36,871 nt of DNA from IMG/VR virus record IMGVR_UViG_3300044528_000038, positions 1 to 36,871 of that record; one strand, written 5' to 3'. Position 1 is the stretch's first letter. Each line of letters opens with the position of its first letter. This document shows positions 1 to 8,850 of the stretch, in pieces. This DNA comes from a virus. Its lineage: Duplodnaviria; Caudoviricetes. The translations under genes and the position numbers were made by a program. Below the pieces are notes generated by a model. That model worked only from the letters and a program-made list of their open reading frames with translations. It searched no databases and was not told the origin of the DNA.

Positions 1-288
1 GTCGCCGTGCTTCGCAGTCCTGCGCACCGCCGGACCGAACAATCGGGCTTGTGGACCAGGGGTTTGGGGGGATTTCTCGCCAAATAGGCCCACAATCCGC
101 TCTCCGGCGTCCTCGAGCCCGGCCGGTCTCCGGTACCGGCGGAGGCCCGAACGCCGCTCTCCGGCGAAATAACAGGCTGATACGAGCGATTCTGGGCCCT
201 ACGACCCTCCGCCGTAGCCCGAAGGGTCGTTTTGCGACCGCGGACGGTCGCCGGGACGGGTTTTGGGGTCGTGGTGCATCATTTGCGG

Positions 289-744
289 GTGCCGAGGCGG
301 CCCCAGCCCACGAAACTGCGGATTCTCCACGGCGAAACCCGCCCGAGCCGGATCCGGGCCGACGAACCGCAGCCCCGGGAGGCCGAGCCCGACCCGCCGG
401 AGTGGCTCACCCCCGAAGCCCGCGCCGTCTGGGACCGGACGACCGTCGAGCTGCGCGCGATGGGCCTCCTCGCCGCCGCCGACACCGACGCGCTCGTGGT
501 CTACGTCAACGCGGTCACGAACTACGCCAAGGCGCAGCAGCTCATCGACCGCTCCGGGATCCTCATCGTGGCGGGGCGCAAGGACCGGGGCGTGGTCAAG
601 AACCCGGCGAACATCGTGGCGGAGCACAACGCCGTGATCGTGCACCGGCTCGCCCGCGAGTTCGGCCTCACGCCGAGTGCCCGGGTAAACCTCGCGAGCC
701 CGCGCCCGGCGGCCGAGGACGACGTACTCCGGCTCCTAAGTTGA
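289..744 (+). CDS. terS: Terminase small subunit, P27 family
   Basis: From GTG289: PRRPQPTKLRILHG...PDPPEWLTPEARAVW...VKNPA...LAREFGLTPSAR, the typical P27 motifs. No SD, so probably leaderless (CATCAT at 277-282 as a -10-like box). Confidence 0.9.
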   Translation: MPRRPQPTKLRILHGETRPSRIRADEPQPREAEPDPPEWLTPEARAVWDRTTVELRAMGLLAAADTDALVVYVNAVTNYAKAQQLIDRSGILIVAGRKDRGVVKNPANIVAEHNAVIVHRLAREFGLTPSARVNLASPRPAAEDDVLRLLS

Positions 745-965
745 AGCACAACGACCGGACCGTGATCTGCCCGCGCTGTCATGCGTTGCCGGGGAAGCCT
801 TGCCGGACCGCGGGCGGGAACTACATCGCCGCCGAGTCCCATCTCGCTCGCCGGAACGCGCTCGGACTCGATATCCGGAGCGAGTATCCGTGCCCGATTT
901 GCGGACGCATCGGGCGATATCCGGCGCAGGTCCAGCGGCACCTCCGTACGCACGGATACGGCTAG
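741..965 (+). CDS. Small double zinc-finger protein (74 aa)
   Basis: TTG741 overlaps the terS stop (TTGA) and its own stop overlaps the terL start (TAGTG). Motifs CPRCHALPGKPC...SH and YPCPICGRIGRYPAQVQRHLRTH (C2H2). Confidence 0.8.
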   Translation: MKHNDRTVICPRCHALPGKPCRTAGGNYIAAESHLARRNALGLDIRSEYPCPICGRIGRYPAQVQRHLRTHGYG

Positions 966-2563
966 TGCCGGGACGGCGCTGCGATCGCTGCTCCTCCTCC
1001 GGGCCGCACGTCTGCCGGCCGCGCGCGCAGCGAGTAGTCGACGTGTTCCGGCTCCTGCTCGTGCACACCAAGGGGCGATGGGCCCGGACGCCGTTCGAGC
1101 TGACGCGCTGGCAGCGCGCCGAGGTCGTGACCCCGCTCTTCGGCTCCGTCGAATACTCCCGGGAGGCGAGCCGCTGGGTGCGCCGGTACTGGCTCGCCTG
1201 GATCGAGCTGGCCCGCCGGAACGGCAAGAGCGAACTGCTGGCCGCGATCGCGCTCGTCCTCCTCTGCGCCGACGACGAGGAGGGCGGCGAGGTCTACGGC
1301 TGCGCCCGGGACCGGGACCAAGCACGGAGAGTGTTCGACGTGGCGGAGCGCATGGTCGAGCTCAGCCCCATCCTCTCGAAGCGACTCAAGATCTACAGGC
1401 AGGCCAAGCGCATCGTGGACGACCGGACGGGTTCGTACTACGAGATCGTCGCCGCCGACGCGGCCGGCAACCTCGGGCGGAACCCGCACGGCGTGCTCTT
1501 CGACGAGGTGCTGACGCAGCCCACCCGGGAACTGTGGGACGCGTTCTGGACCGCCTGGGGCTCACGCGATCAGGCCCTGATGGTCGCGGCCACGACCGCG
1601 GGGGACGACCCGGTCGGGCTCTGCGCGAACGAGCACGACTTCTCCGAGCGGGTCCTCCGGCAGCCGTCCCTCGATCCGCACCGGCTCGTGGTCATGCGCA
1701 ACACCGCGCCCGACGCCGACTGGACCGACCCCAAGGTGTGGAAGCACGCCAACCCCGCGCTCGGTGATTTTCTGAGCATGCGCGTGATGCGCGCGGAGTG
1801 TGCCGAGGCGATGGCAGCCCCGGAGAAGCAGCGGGCGTTTCGCCAGTTCCGGTGCAATACCTGGGGACTCGGCGGCCTCGCGCGCTGGGTCCCGCTCGAA
1901 GCCTGGGACGCCACCGCCGGGCTCGTGTCCGCGGACCGGCTCCGCCGGCACCGCGCCTACGGCGGCCTCGACCTCGCTTCGACCACCGACCTCGCGGCGT
2001 GGTGCCTCACGTTCCCGGACGAGGAGGACCCGGCGGGCTACGACGCGCTCTGGCGGTTCTGGGCCCCGGAGGCCCGGCGGGCCGACCTCGACGCCCGGAC
2101 CGGCGGCGGCGCGTCGGTCTGGGCCCGGGACGGGTTCCTCACGTTCACGCCCGGCGACGTGATCGACTACCGAACGATCGAGGCCGACATCGACCGGGAC
2201 GCCCGCGACTTCGACGTCATGGAGGTCGCCTACGACCCGTGGGGAATGACGCAGCTCTCGCAGGATCTGGCGGAGAACGGGCTGACCGTCGTGGACATGC
2301 GGCAGTCGTTCGGGGCCATGAGTCCCCCGACGAAGGCGTGGGAGGTGCTCATCCGGCAGCAGCGATACCGGCACGGCGGGAACCCGGTGATGCGCTGGAT
2401 GTTCGACAACGTTCGCATCCGGGCGGACTATGACGGCAATATCAAGATCGACCGGGGCCGGAGCAGCGACAAGGTCGACGGCTGTGTCGCCGCGGTCATG
2501 AGTCTCGACCGGGCGCTCCGGTCCGTCCCGGCCGTGGACTACGCGACGGCCGGGTTCGCGTAA
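965..2563 (+). CDS. terL: Terminase large subunit
   Basis: Walker A ARRNGKS, Walker B VLFDE, ATTAG coupling motif, nuclease motifs GGLDLASTTDL and KVDGCVA. Start GTG965 inferred from coupling. Confidence 0.96.
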   Translation: MPGRRCDRCSSSGPHVCRPRAQRVVDVFRLLLVHTKGRWARTPFELTRWQRAEVVTPLFGSVEYSREASRWVRRYWLAWIELARRNGKSELLAAIALVLLCADDEEGGEVYGCARDRDQARRVFDVAERMVELSPILSKRLKIYRQAKRIVDDRTGSYYEIVAADAAGNLGRNPHGVLFDEVLTQPTRELWDAFWTAWGSRDQALMVAATTAGDDPVGLCANEHDFSERVLRQPSLDPHRLVVMRNTAPDADWTDPKVWKHANPALGDFLSMRVMRAECAEAMAAPEKQRAFRQFRCNTWGLGGLARWVPLEAWDATAGLVSADRLRRHRAYGGLDLASTTDLAAWCLTFPDEEDPAGYDALWRFWAPEARRADLDARTGGGASVWARDGFLTFTPGDVIDYRTIEADIDRDARDFDVMEVAYDPWGMTQLSQDLAENGLTVVDMRQSFGAMSPPTKAWEVLIRQQRYRHGGNPVMRWMFDNVRIRADYDGNIKIDRGRSSDKVDGCVAAVMSLDRALRSVPAVDYATAGFA

Positions 2564-2573
2564 GGAGGCGGTC

Positions 2574-3935
2574 GTGGTCTGGACGTACCTCGACAAGACC
2601 ATCGACGACTGGCGGTCGCTGGGGTCCCGGCGTCTCGATGAGCAGCGGACCCGGGTGGACCGGCTCCAGGCCTACTACGACGGCGAGCCGGTGGGTCACA
2701 CGCTCGAAGGCCGGCAGCGGGACATCTTCCGGCGGCTCCTCCGGGAGGCCCGCGCCAACTGGTGCGAGCTGATCGTGAACGCGGTGGCGGAGCGGCTCGC
2801 CGTCGTCGGCTTCCGGTTCGGCGACGACACGATCGAGGACCTGGCCTGGTACATCTGGCAGGCCAACCTCCTCGACGCCGACAGCGAAATGGTCCAGACC
2901 GACGCCCTGGTCTGCGGGCACTCCTACGTCTCGGTCTGGCCTGACGACGAGAACCCGTCCGGGGTCTCGATCTATCCGGAGCATCCGTCCGAGGTCATCA
3001 CGTTCCACGCCGCGCCAGAGCGGCGGGAGGCGGTCGCCGCCTACAAGTCCTTCGCCGACGACTTCGGCGAGCGGGTGGAGGTCGTGATCCTCCCCGAACT
3101 CGTCGCGACCTGGCGGGAGCCCGGCGGGGCGCTCGAGGTGGAAGTGAACGAACTCGGGGTCGTGCCCTACGAAGACCTCGTGCCCGCGCCGAGAACGATC
3201 GGGTCGCCGCGATCGGAGCTGCACTCCGCGATCCCGTTTCAGGACCGGATCAACACGGTCGTCTACAACCGCCAGGTCGCGGCCGACTTCGGCGCGTTCC
3301 GTCAGGTCACGGCGACGGGGATCCACCTCAAGCGCACGGAGGACGGCGGCTACGAACCGCCGTTCGATGTCGGGGCGGACCGCCTCCTCATCTCCGAGAA
3401 CGATGCCGCCCGGTTCGGCGTCATCCCCGAGGCCACGCTGCGCGGGTATCTCGACGCCGAGGAGATGGACGTGCGCCACCTCGCGGCGATCACGCAGACC
3501 CCGCCGCACTACCTGCTCGGGCAGATGATCAACATTCCCGCCTCCGGGATGAAGGCGGCGGAGACGGGACTCGTCGCGAAGGTCCGGCGGCGGGCCGCGC
3601 ACCTCGGCGAAGGCTGGGAGCGCGTCATCCGCCGGGCGCTGAGCTACGTGGGCTCCGCCGGAGCCGCGGAGGTGGAGGCCGAGGCGATCTGGCGCGACTT
3701 CGAGTCCCGGAGCGAGGGCGAGACGGTCGACGCGCTGCTCAAGATGCGCGCGCTCGGCGTCCCGCTCCAGATCCTCTGGGAGCGCTGGGGCGCGAGCCCG
3801 CAGGACGTCAAGCGCTGGGAGGATCTCGCTGAGGTCGAGGCCGAGGCCGAGGCCGAGGCGGCCGCCGAACAGGCCGCCGCGCTCGCGGCCGCCGGAGCAC
3901 CGTTACCGCCGACCGGAGGAGGAACTAGCGGATGA
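2574..3935 (+). CDS. Portal protein (SPP1 gp6-like)
   Basis: Follows terL with SD AAGGAGG. YYDG, NWCELIVNAVAERL, IWQANLLD and TQTPPHYL...SG...AAE motifs of actinophage portals. Confidence 0.93.
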   Translation: MVWTYLDKTIDDWRSLGSRRLDEQRTRVDRLQAYYDGEPVGHTLEGRQRDIFRRLLREARANWCELIVNAVAERLAVVGFRFGDDTIEDLAWYIWQANLLDADSEMVQTDALVCGHSYVSVWPDDENPSGVSIYPEHPSEVITFHAAPERREAVAAYKSFADDFGERVEVVILPELVATWREPGGALEVEVNELGVVPYEDLVPAPRTIGSPRSELHSAIPFQDRINTVVYNRQVAADFGAFRQVTATGIHLKRTEDGGYEPPFDVGADRLLISENDAARFGVIPEATLRGYLDAEEMDVRHLAAITQTPPHYLLGQMINIPASGMKAAETGLVAKVRRRAAHLGEGWERVIRRALSYVGSAGAAEVEAEAIWRDFESRSEGETVDALLKMRALGVPLQILWERWGASPQDVKRWEDLAEVEAEAEAEAAAEQAAALAAAGAPLPPTGGGTSG

Positions 3936-4480
3936 CACAGACCCCACCCGAGCCCGACCAGCCTGAGCTCCCGGAGCAGCCGCCGCCGGAGCAGCCGGCC
4001 ACCGCGCCGGAGGCGAAACCGGAGGAGTCCGCGGAGTCCGTCGCCCGGCTCCGCCGCCAGCTCGAAAGCGAACGCAAGGCGCGGGCGCGCGCCGAGTCCC
4101 GGGTCACGAGCATCGAGGCCGCGAATCAGAGCGAGGCGGAGAAGGCGTCCGCCCGGGCCCGCGAGGAGGGCCGGGCCGAGGGCATCAAGAGCGCGGGCGT
4201 CAAGCTCGCGGCCGCCGAGTTCCGGGCCGCCGCCGCCGGCAAGCTCGCGGACCCGTCCGCGGTCGTGGACCTACTCGGCGAGGACGGCCTCCGCCGGTTC
4301 GTGGACGACGAGGGCGAGCCCGATACCGACGCGATTACCGCCGCCGTGGAGAAGCTCGCCGCCGCCGCGGTCGCGGCCGCGCCCCCGGCGAACGGCAAGC
4401 CCACGCCCCCGAAGGTCCCGAACGGGGTGCAGCCGTCCGCCGCCGGCGAGGACGACTGGATTCGCTCCGTCATGCGCTGA
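3932..4480 (+). CDS. Capsid scaffolding protein
   Basis: Lies between portal and capsid. Pro/Glu-rich N-terminus, coiled coil (ANQSEAEKA) and FVDDEGEPDTDAITAAV motif. Confidence 0.85.
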   Translation: MTQTPPEPDQPELPEQPPPEQPATAPEAKPEESAESVARLRRQLESERKARARAESRVTSIEAANQSEAEKASARAREEGRAEGIKSAGVKLAAAEFRAAAAGKLADPSAVVDLLGEDGLRRFVDDEGEPDTDAITAAVEKLAAAAVAAAPPANGKPTPPKVPNGVQPSAAGEDDWIRSVMR

Positions 4481-4502
4481 GTCGGTGTAGCGTCCGCGGT
4501 AC

Positions 4503-4632
4503 CCCGGGCAATCGGGCCGCCGGGCGGAGGCCCGTTGGGAGCCGGTCGATACCGAGTCGGCGAACGGACGCCGAGCCCACGGGAGCGTGTCCCGCTATCC
4601 GTAGTCACGAGCGGAGAAGCGAGAGGACACGC
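4503..4632 (+). promoter_or_regulatory. Structured leader upstream of the major capsid gene
   Basis: Four stems pair by eye at 4503-4583. A further stem GCGTGTCC(4585-4592)/GGACACGC(4625-4632) overlaps the SD GAGAGGA. Confidence 0.45.
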
Positions 4633-4637
4633 GCGCC

Positions 4638-5624
4638 ATGCCCAGCCCCGTCGACGTTTCCGGGCTCATCCCGACCACCGTTTCCGCGCAGGTACAGCAA
4701 GAGGTTCAACAGCAGTCGATCGCCCTCCAGCTCGGCCAGCGCGTCCCGATGCCGGCGGGCGTCTCCGTCGTCCCCGTCCCGCGGTCCTTCCCGAAGGCGG
4801 GATGGGTCGCGACCGGCGAGCGCAAGCCCTACACCGACTTCGCGATCGGGACCGTGCCGCTGACCGCCGAGGAGGTCGCGGCCGTGATCGCGATCCCCGA
4901 CGTGTACCTGGAGGACATCGCCATCAACCTCTGGAACTACGCGCGCCCGCTGCTGGCCGAGGCCATCGCGATCGCGCTCGACCTCGCCGCGCTCTGGGGG
5001 ATCGACGCCCCGCCCACGTTCCCGGTCGGGGGCGTGGAAGCGGTGGCGCAGTCCGTGCCCGCCGGCACTGATGTCGTGGACACGGTGAACAACGCCATGA
5101 GCGCCGTCGAAGCGCAGGGCCTCCGGGTCACCGGGTCCGCCGCCGACCTCTCCGTCCGGGGCGCGCTCCGGGGCGTCCGGGACTCCTCCGGAGCCTTCCT
5201 GCTGGGAACGACGCAGGCCGGGACGGATGCGGTCGACGCCCTCTACGGCGTCCCGATCAGCTTCAACAGCTTCGACCTGAGCGCGCCGAACGACTTCCTG
5301 ACCGGCGATTGGTCCCGCCTCATCATCGGCGTGCGCCAGGACATCCGCTACCAGATGTCCTCGGAGGGCGTCATCGCGGACGACGGCGGCGCGGTCAAGA
5401 TCAGCGCCTTCCAGGACAACATGACCCTGATGAAGGTCTGGGCACGCTACGGCTGCGTGATCATGCGGCCCGCCACGCGCCGGTTCCCGAACGACCCGTG
5501 GGCGAACCCGTTCGCCAAGTCGAATATCGGCCCCGGGATGCCCGGCGGTGAGTCCGGCGGGAACGGCGACGTGACGGAGACCAGCGCGACGAAGGCGACG
5601 GGAGCGACCAAGAAGGCCTCGTGA
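4638..5624 (+). CDS. Major capsid protein (HK97 fold)
   Basis: LIPTTVSAQV, AGWVATGERKP, LTAEEVAAVI, LYGVPI, GDWS..IIGVRQDI and AFQDNMT motifs. Position after scaffold. Confidence 0.95.
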   Translation: MPSPVDVSGLIPTTVSAQVQQEVQQQSIALQLGQRVPMPAGVSVVPVPRSFPKAGWVATGERKPYTDFAIGTVPLTAEEVAAVIAIPDVYLEDIAINLWNYARPLLAEAIAIALDLAALWGIDAPPTFPVGGVEAVAQSVPAGTDVVDTVNNAMSAVEAQGLRVTGSAADLSVRGALRGVRDSSGAFLLGTTQAGTDAVDALYGVPISFNSFDLSAPNDFLTGDWSRLIIGVRQDIRYQMSSEGVIADDGGAVKISAFQDNMTLMKVWARYGCVIMRPATRRFPNDPWANPFAKSNIGPGMPGGESGGNGDVTETSATKATGATKKAS

Positions 5625-6100
5625 CGTTCGCCACCGCCGACGACGTACTCGCCCGCTGGCCTGCCGGCGGCCCGCCGCCGCCGGAGGCGAGCGTGATCGA
5701 CCTCTGGCTCGGTGACGCCGAGGCCATCCTGTTCGCGCGCTATCCGGCCCTCCCCCCGCTCGCGGACGCCTACGCCGACGTGCACCGGGTGGTCGTGCTC
5801 GTGACGGCCCGCATGGTCATCCGCGCGCTCGCGAACCCGGCGGCCGCCTACCGGGGCGTCCTCCGGGAGCAGATCCAGGACACGTCGGTGACCTACGCCC
5901 CGAGCGCGGGCGGGCTCCTCCTCGACGATATCGACCTCGCGGTCCTCGATGACGTACTCGGGATCGAGCGCGGGCTCGTCTCCGTCCCGCTCCGGCGGCC
6001 GGACCTCGACCGGGCGCTCGACTACCTCGACTTCGACCGGAACCCGTTCGACCAGTTCCCGTGGCCGTCCCCGCCGCCGGACGAGGGCAGCCCGCTATGA
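5621..6100 (+). CDS. Head-to-tail adaptor
   Basis: FATADDVLARW...V...MVIRALANP...EQI..SVTY....GLLL motifs. GTGA-coupled to the capsid gene. Confidence 0.85.
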   Translation: MTFATADDVLARWPAGGPPPPEASVIDLWLGDAEAILFARYPALPPLADAYADVHRVVVLVTARMVIRALANPAAAYRGVLREQIQDTSVTYAPSAGGLLLDDIDLAVLDDVLGIERGLVSVPLRRPDLDRALDYLDFDRNPFDQFPWPSPPPDEGSPL

Positions 6101-6468
6101 CCTGGCCGGACCCCGCGTTCGTCATCCCGGTCACGATCCTCCGCGCTCCGCGGACGACCGACCCCTACGGGTCGGACGTTCCGGATTGGGATCGGGCCAC
6201 AACGCAGCAGACGAACGCCTGGGTCCGGCCGGGGCCCGCGACCGGCACGGTGGGCGAGACCCTGGTCGGTCGGGACGAGCAGGAGCTGGACGCCCGGGTC
6301 TGGCTCGCCGCCGGCACGCCGATCACGGGCCGCGACCGGGTCGTGGTCGAGGGCGAGACGTTCGAGGTCATCGGGCCGCCGCTCCGCCCGCGCTCTCCGT
6401 GGGCGGACCGCGAGCACCACGTTCGCGCCGACCTCCGGCGCGTCACCGGCCCCGGGGAGACCCCATGA
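6097..6468 (+). CDS. Head-to-tail stopper
   Basis: VTILRA...DPYG..VPDW and [15 protein letters not shown] motifs. ATGA coupling at 6097. Confidence 0.85.
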   Translation: MTWPDPAFVIPVTILRAPRTTDPYGSDVPDWDRATTQQTNAWVRPGPATGTVGETLVGRDEQELDARVWLAAGTPITGRDRVVVEGETFEVIGPPLRPRSPWADREHHVRADLRRVTGPGETP

Positions 6469-6890
6469 CGATGACCGATCTGCGGCCGAACCTCCGCACG
6501 CCCTCCACGAGCACCGAGATCCTCGCGGCCGAGGGCCGGGCCGCCGGTCCCGTGACCCTGACCTCGCTCCCGCAGGTCGTGAACCTCGACCTCTACCGGG
6601 GCGACGACTTCGCGCTCCGGCTCACGGTCAACGATCCGGACGAGGAGACGGCGGCCGACCTCTCCGGCGCGGTCGTGCGCGCGCAGCTCCGGACGAGCAG
6701 CGAGGCGGACTCCACCGCGGGCGAGTTCATGGTCGAGATTGTCGACAACGTGATCACGCTCCGCCTCGCGGCGGAGACCTCCGCCGCGCTCCCCGGCTCG
6801 CTGGTCTGGGACGTCGAGCTCGACCAGAACGACTGGGTCGTGACCCTGATCGGCGGCCGGGTCACGGTCACGCCGGACGTGACGCGGTGA
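6465..6890 (+). CDS. Virion beta-sandwich adaptor (BppU/LtfC-like), probable fibre anchor
   Basis: [10 protein letters not shown]...DLSG..VRAQLR...ITLRL...WDVEL...[15 protein letters not shown] pattern. ATGA coupling. Confidence 0.65.
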   Translation: MTMTDLRPNLRTPSTSTEILAAEGRAAGPVTLTSLPQVVNLDLYRGDDFALRLTVNDPDEETAADLSGAVVRAQLRTSSEADSTAGEFMVEIVDNVITLRLAAETSAALPGSLVWDVELDQNDWVVTLIGGRVTVTPDVTR

Positions 6891-7420
6891 GGCCGCGGTT
6901 CTCCCTTGATGTCGAGGTGGCCGGCAAGCCCGCGGTCACCACGAGCCGGGCCGGGCGGCCGGATGTCATCACCTCCGCCCGGCCCGGGCCGACCGTCGAG
7001 GCGGACCTGGAGCCCGCGTCGTCCTTGGACCTCGCGACCTCCCCTCGACCCGAGGTACTCGTGGCCAAGGGCGGCGCGCTCGACTTCGACCTGGAGCACA
7101 TGACCGGCGGCGGACTCGGGCCGCCCGGGCCGGTCGGGCCGGAGGGTCCGCAGGGACCGCAGGGCGAGCAGGGCGAGCAGGGGCCGGAGGGACCCCAGGG
7201 CGAGGTCGGGCCGCCCGGGCCGCCGGGCGGGAACCTCCGCTACGTGCAGCTCATCGCGGACACGACCTGGACGATCGAGCACGCCCTCGGGTTCTGGCCG
7301 AACGTCCACGCCGTGGACTCCACCGGGCGCTGGATCATCCCCGACGTGCAGCACACGAGCGCGGCCGAGGTCGTGCTCACGTTCTCCGCCGCCGTGGCCG
7401 GCGAAGCATTCCTCAGTTAG
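6887..7420 (+). CDS. Collagen-repeat virion fibre protein
   Basis: About 12 Gly-X-Y triplets ([19 protein letters not shown]...) and C-terminal [13 protein letters not shown] domain. Confidence 0.8.
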   Translation: MRPRFSLDVEVAGKPAVTTSRAGRPDVITSARPGPTVEADLEPASSLDLATSPRPEVLVAKGGALDFDLEHMTGGGLGPPGPVGPEGPQGPQGEQGEQGPEGPQGEVGPPGPPGGNLRYVQLIADTTWTIEHALGFWPNVHAVDSTGRWIIPDVQHTSAAEVVLTFSAAVAGEAFLS

Positions 7421-7428
7421 GAGCAGCC

Positions 7429-8850
7429 GTGCCGCAGTTCTACGCGCCGATCGACCTGCTCCGGAACGAGCTGCGCAACGCGATCCTCCAGAACCTGGCG
7501 GCCGCGCCGTCGAACCCGAACCCGGGTCAGCAGTACTTCAACACCGCCACCTCCACCATGTACTACTGGAGCGGCACCGCCTGGGTCCCGATGACGGCGG
7601 CGGCGGGCGGACCGCCGACCGGACCGGCGGGCGGCGACCTCGGCGGCGCGTACCCGGACCCGAGCGTCGTGCGGGCGTCGAACGGGTTCTCGGTCCTCGC
7701 CGGCCGCACGACGTTCCCGGCCGCGACGACGCAGGCGAACTCGGTCCTCTTCGGCGCGTCGCCGGTCGGGATCTGGGGGCAGGGCGGGACCTCCCTGATG
7801 CTGGAGGGCAACGTCGCCGTGAACGGCGGAACCCTCTCGCTGTCGGGCAGTCGCATCCTCTCCGTCGCTACGCCGACCGCGGATACGGACGCCGCGAACA
7901 AGGCATACGTCGACGGCCTGGTCTCCGGCCTGACGTGGAAGGCGACGTGTCGCGTCGCGACGACGGCGAACATCACGCTCTCCGGCACGCAGACGATCGA
8001 CGGGGTCGCGGTCGTGGCCGGCAACCGCGTGCTCGTCAAGAATCAGACGGCCGCCTCCGCCAACGGTATCTACGTCGCGGCCGCCACGGGCTGGAGCCGG
8101 GCTCCGGACGTCAATACCGGCGACTCGCTCGTGAACGCGGCCGCCTTCGTGAGCGAAGGGACGACGCAGGCCGACACCGCCTGGGTCGTGACCACGAACG
8201 CGCCGATCACGATCGGGACGACGGCGATCACGTGGGTCCAGTTCGGGGCGGGCGCGGTCTATGCCGCCGGCAACGGGCTCATGCTCACCGGCAACGTCTT
8301 CGCGGTCGACACCGCCGTCATCGCCACGGTCGCCAGCCTCTCCGGCTACGTCCCGACCTCGCGGCAGATCCTCAACGGCACCGGGATCACGGGCGGCGGC
8401 AACCTCACGGCCGACCGCACGCTCGCCGTCGATACCACCGTCGTCGCGCCGACCGCCCGGCTCCTCAACACGACCGCGCCCCTGACCGGCGGCGGGAACC
8501 TCACCGCCGACCGGACGCTCGGCATCTCCGCGTTCGCCGGGTCCGCCGCGGGCGCGGTCCCCGCCTCCGCCGGAGGGACGGCCAACTTCCTACGCGCCGA
8601 CGGGCAGTGGGCCGCCCCGCCGATGCCGGCGGCCGGGGTCGCGAAGTATGCGGCCGCGCTCGCGGGGACCGGCTCCCCGGAGACGGTCACGCACAACCTC
8701 AACACCCGGGACGTGCAGGTTCAGGTCATCAACGGGGCGAGCCCCTATACCGCGGTCGAGGTGGACTGGGACGCGACGACCGTCAACACCGTCACGATCC
8801 GCTACAACCCGAACCTCGGCGCGGGCTACCGGGTGGTGGTCATGGGATGA
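7429..8850 (+). CDS. Fibre/decoration protein
   Basis: SD AGGAG. DAANKAYVD, WKATCRVATTANITLSGTQTIDGV..GNRVLVKNQT..NGIY, two GGGNLTADRTL repeats, C-terminal THNLNTRDV. Confidence 0.8.
   Translation: MPQFYAPIDLLRNELRNAILQNLAAAPSNPNPGQQYFNTATSTMYYWSGTAWVPMTAAAGGPPTGPAGGDLGGAYPDPSVVRASNGFSVLAGRTTFPAATTQANSVLFGASPVGIWGQGGTSLMLEGNVAVNGGTLSLSGSRILSVATPTADTDAANKAYVDGLVSGLTWKATCRVATTANITLSGTQTIDGVAVVAGNRVLVKNQTAASANGIYVAAATGWSRAPDVNTGDSLVNAAAFVSEGTTQADTAWVVTTNAPITIGTTAITWVQFGAGAVYAAGNGLMLTGNVFAVDTAVIATVASLSGYVPTSRQILNGTGITGGGNLTADRTLAVDTTVVAPTARLLNTTAPLTGGGNLTADRTLGISAFAGSAAGAVPASAGGTANFLRADGQWAAPPMPAAGVAKYAAALAGTGSPETVTHNLNTRDVQVQVINGASPYTAVEVDWDATTVNTVTIRYNPNLGAGYRVVVMG

Noticed and set aside
4503-4583. 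Cloverleaf as a real tRNA gene
   Set aside because: No TTC T-loop, no 7-nt anticodon loop, no CCA. Kept only as a structured leader.
8392-8522. Two GGCGGCGG(C/G)AACCTCAC..GCCGACCG repeats as a DGR template/variable pair
   Set aside because: In-frame protein repeats (GGGNLTADRTL); differences are not adenine-specific and no reverse transcriptase is present.
7935-8846. Upstream extension of the 852-aa ORF, and similar extensions at 51, 800, 5949, 9959, 11566, 16152, 18644, 25106 and 28164
   Set aside because: Arg/Gly-rich off-frame translation inside the preceding gene; coupled downstream starts fit better.
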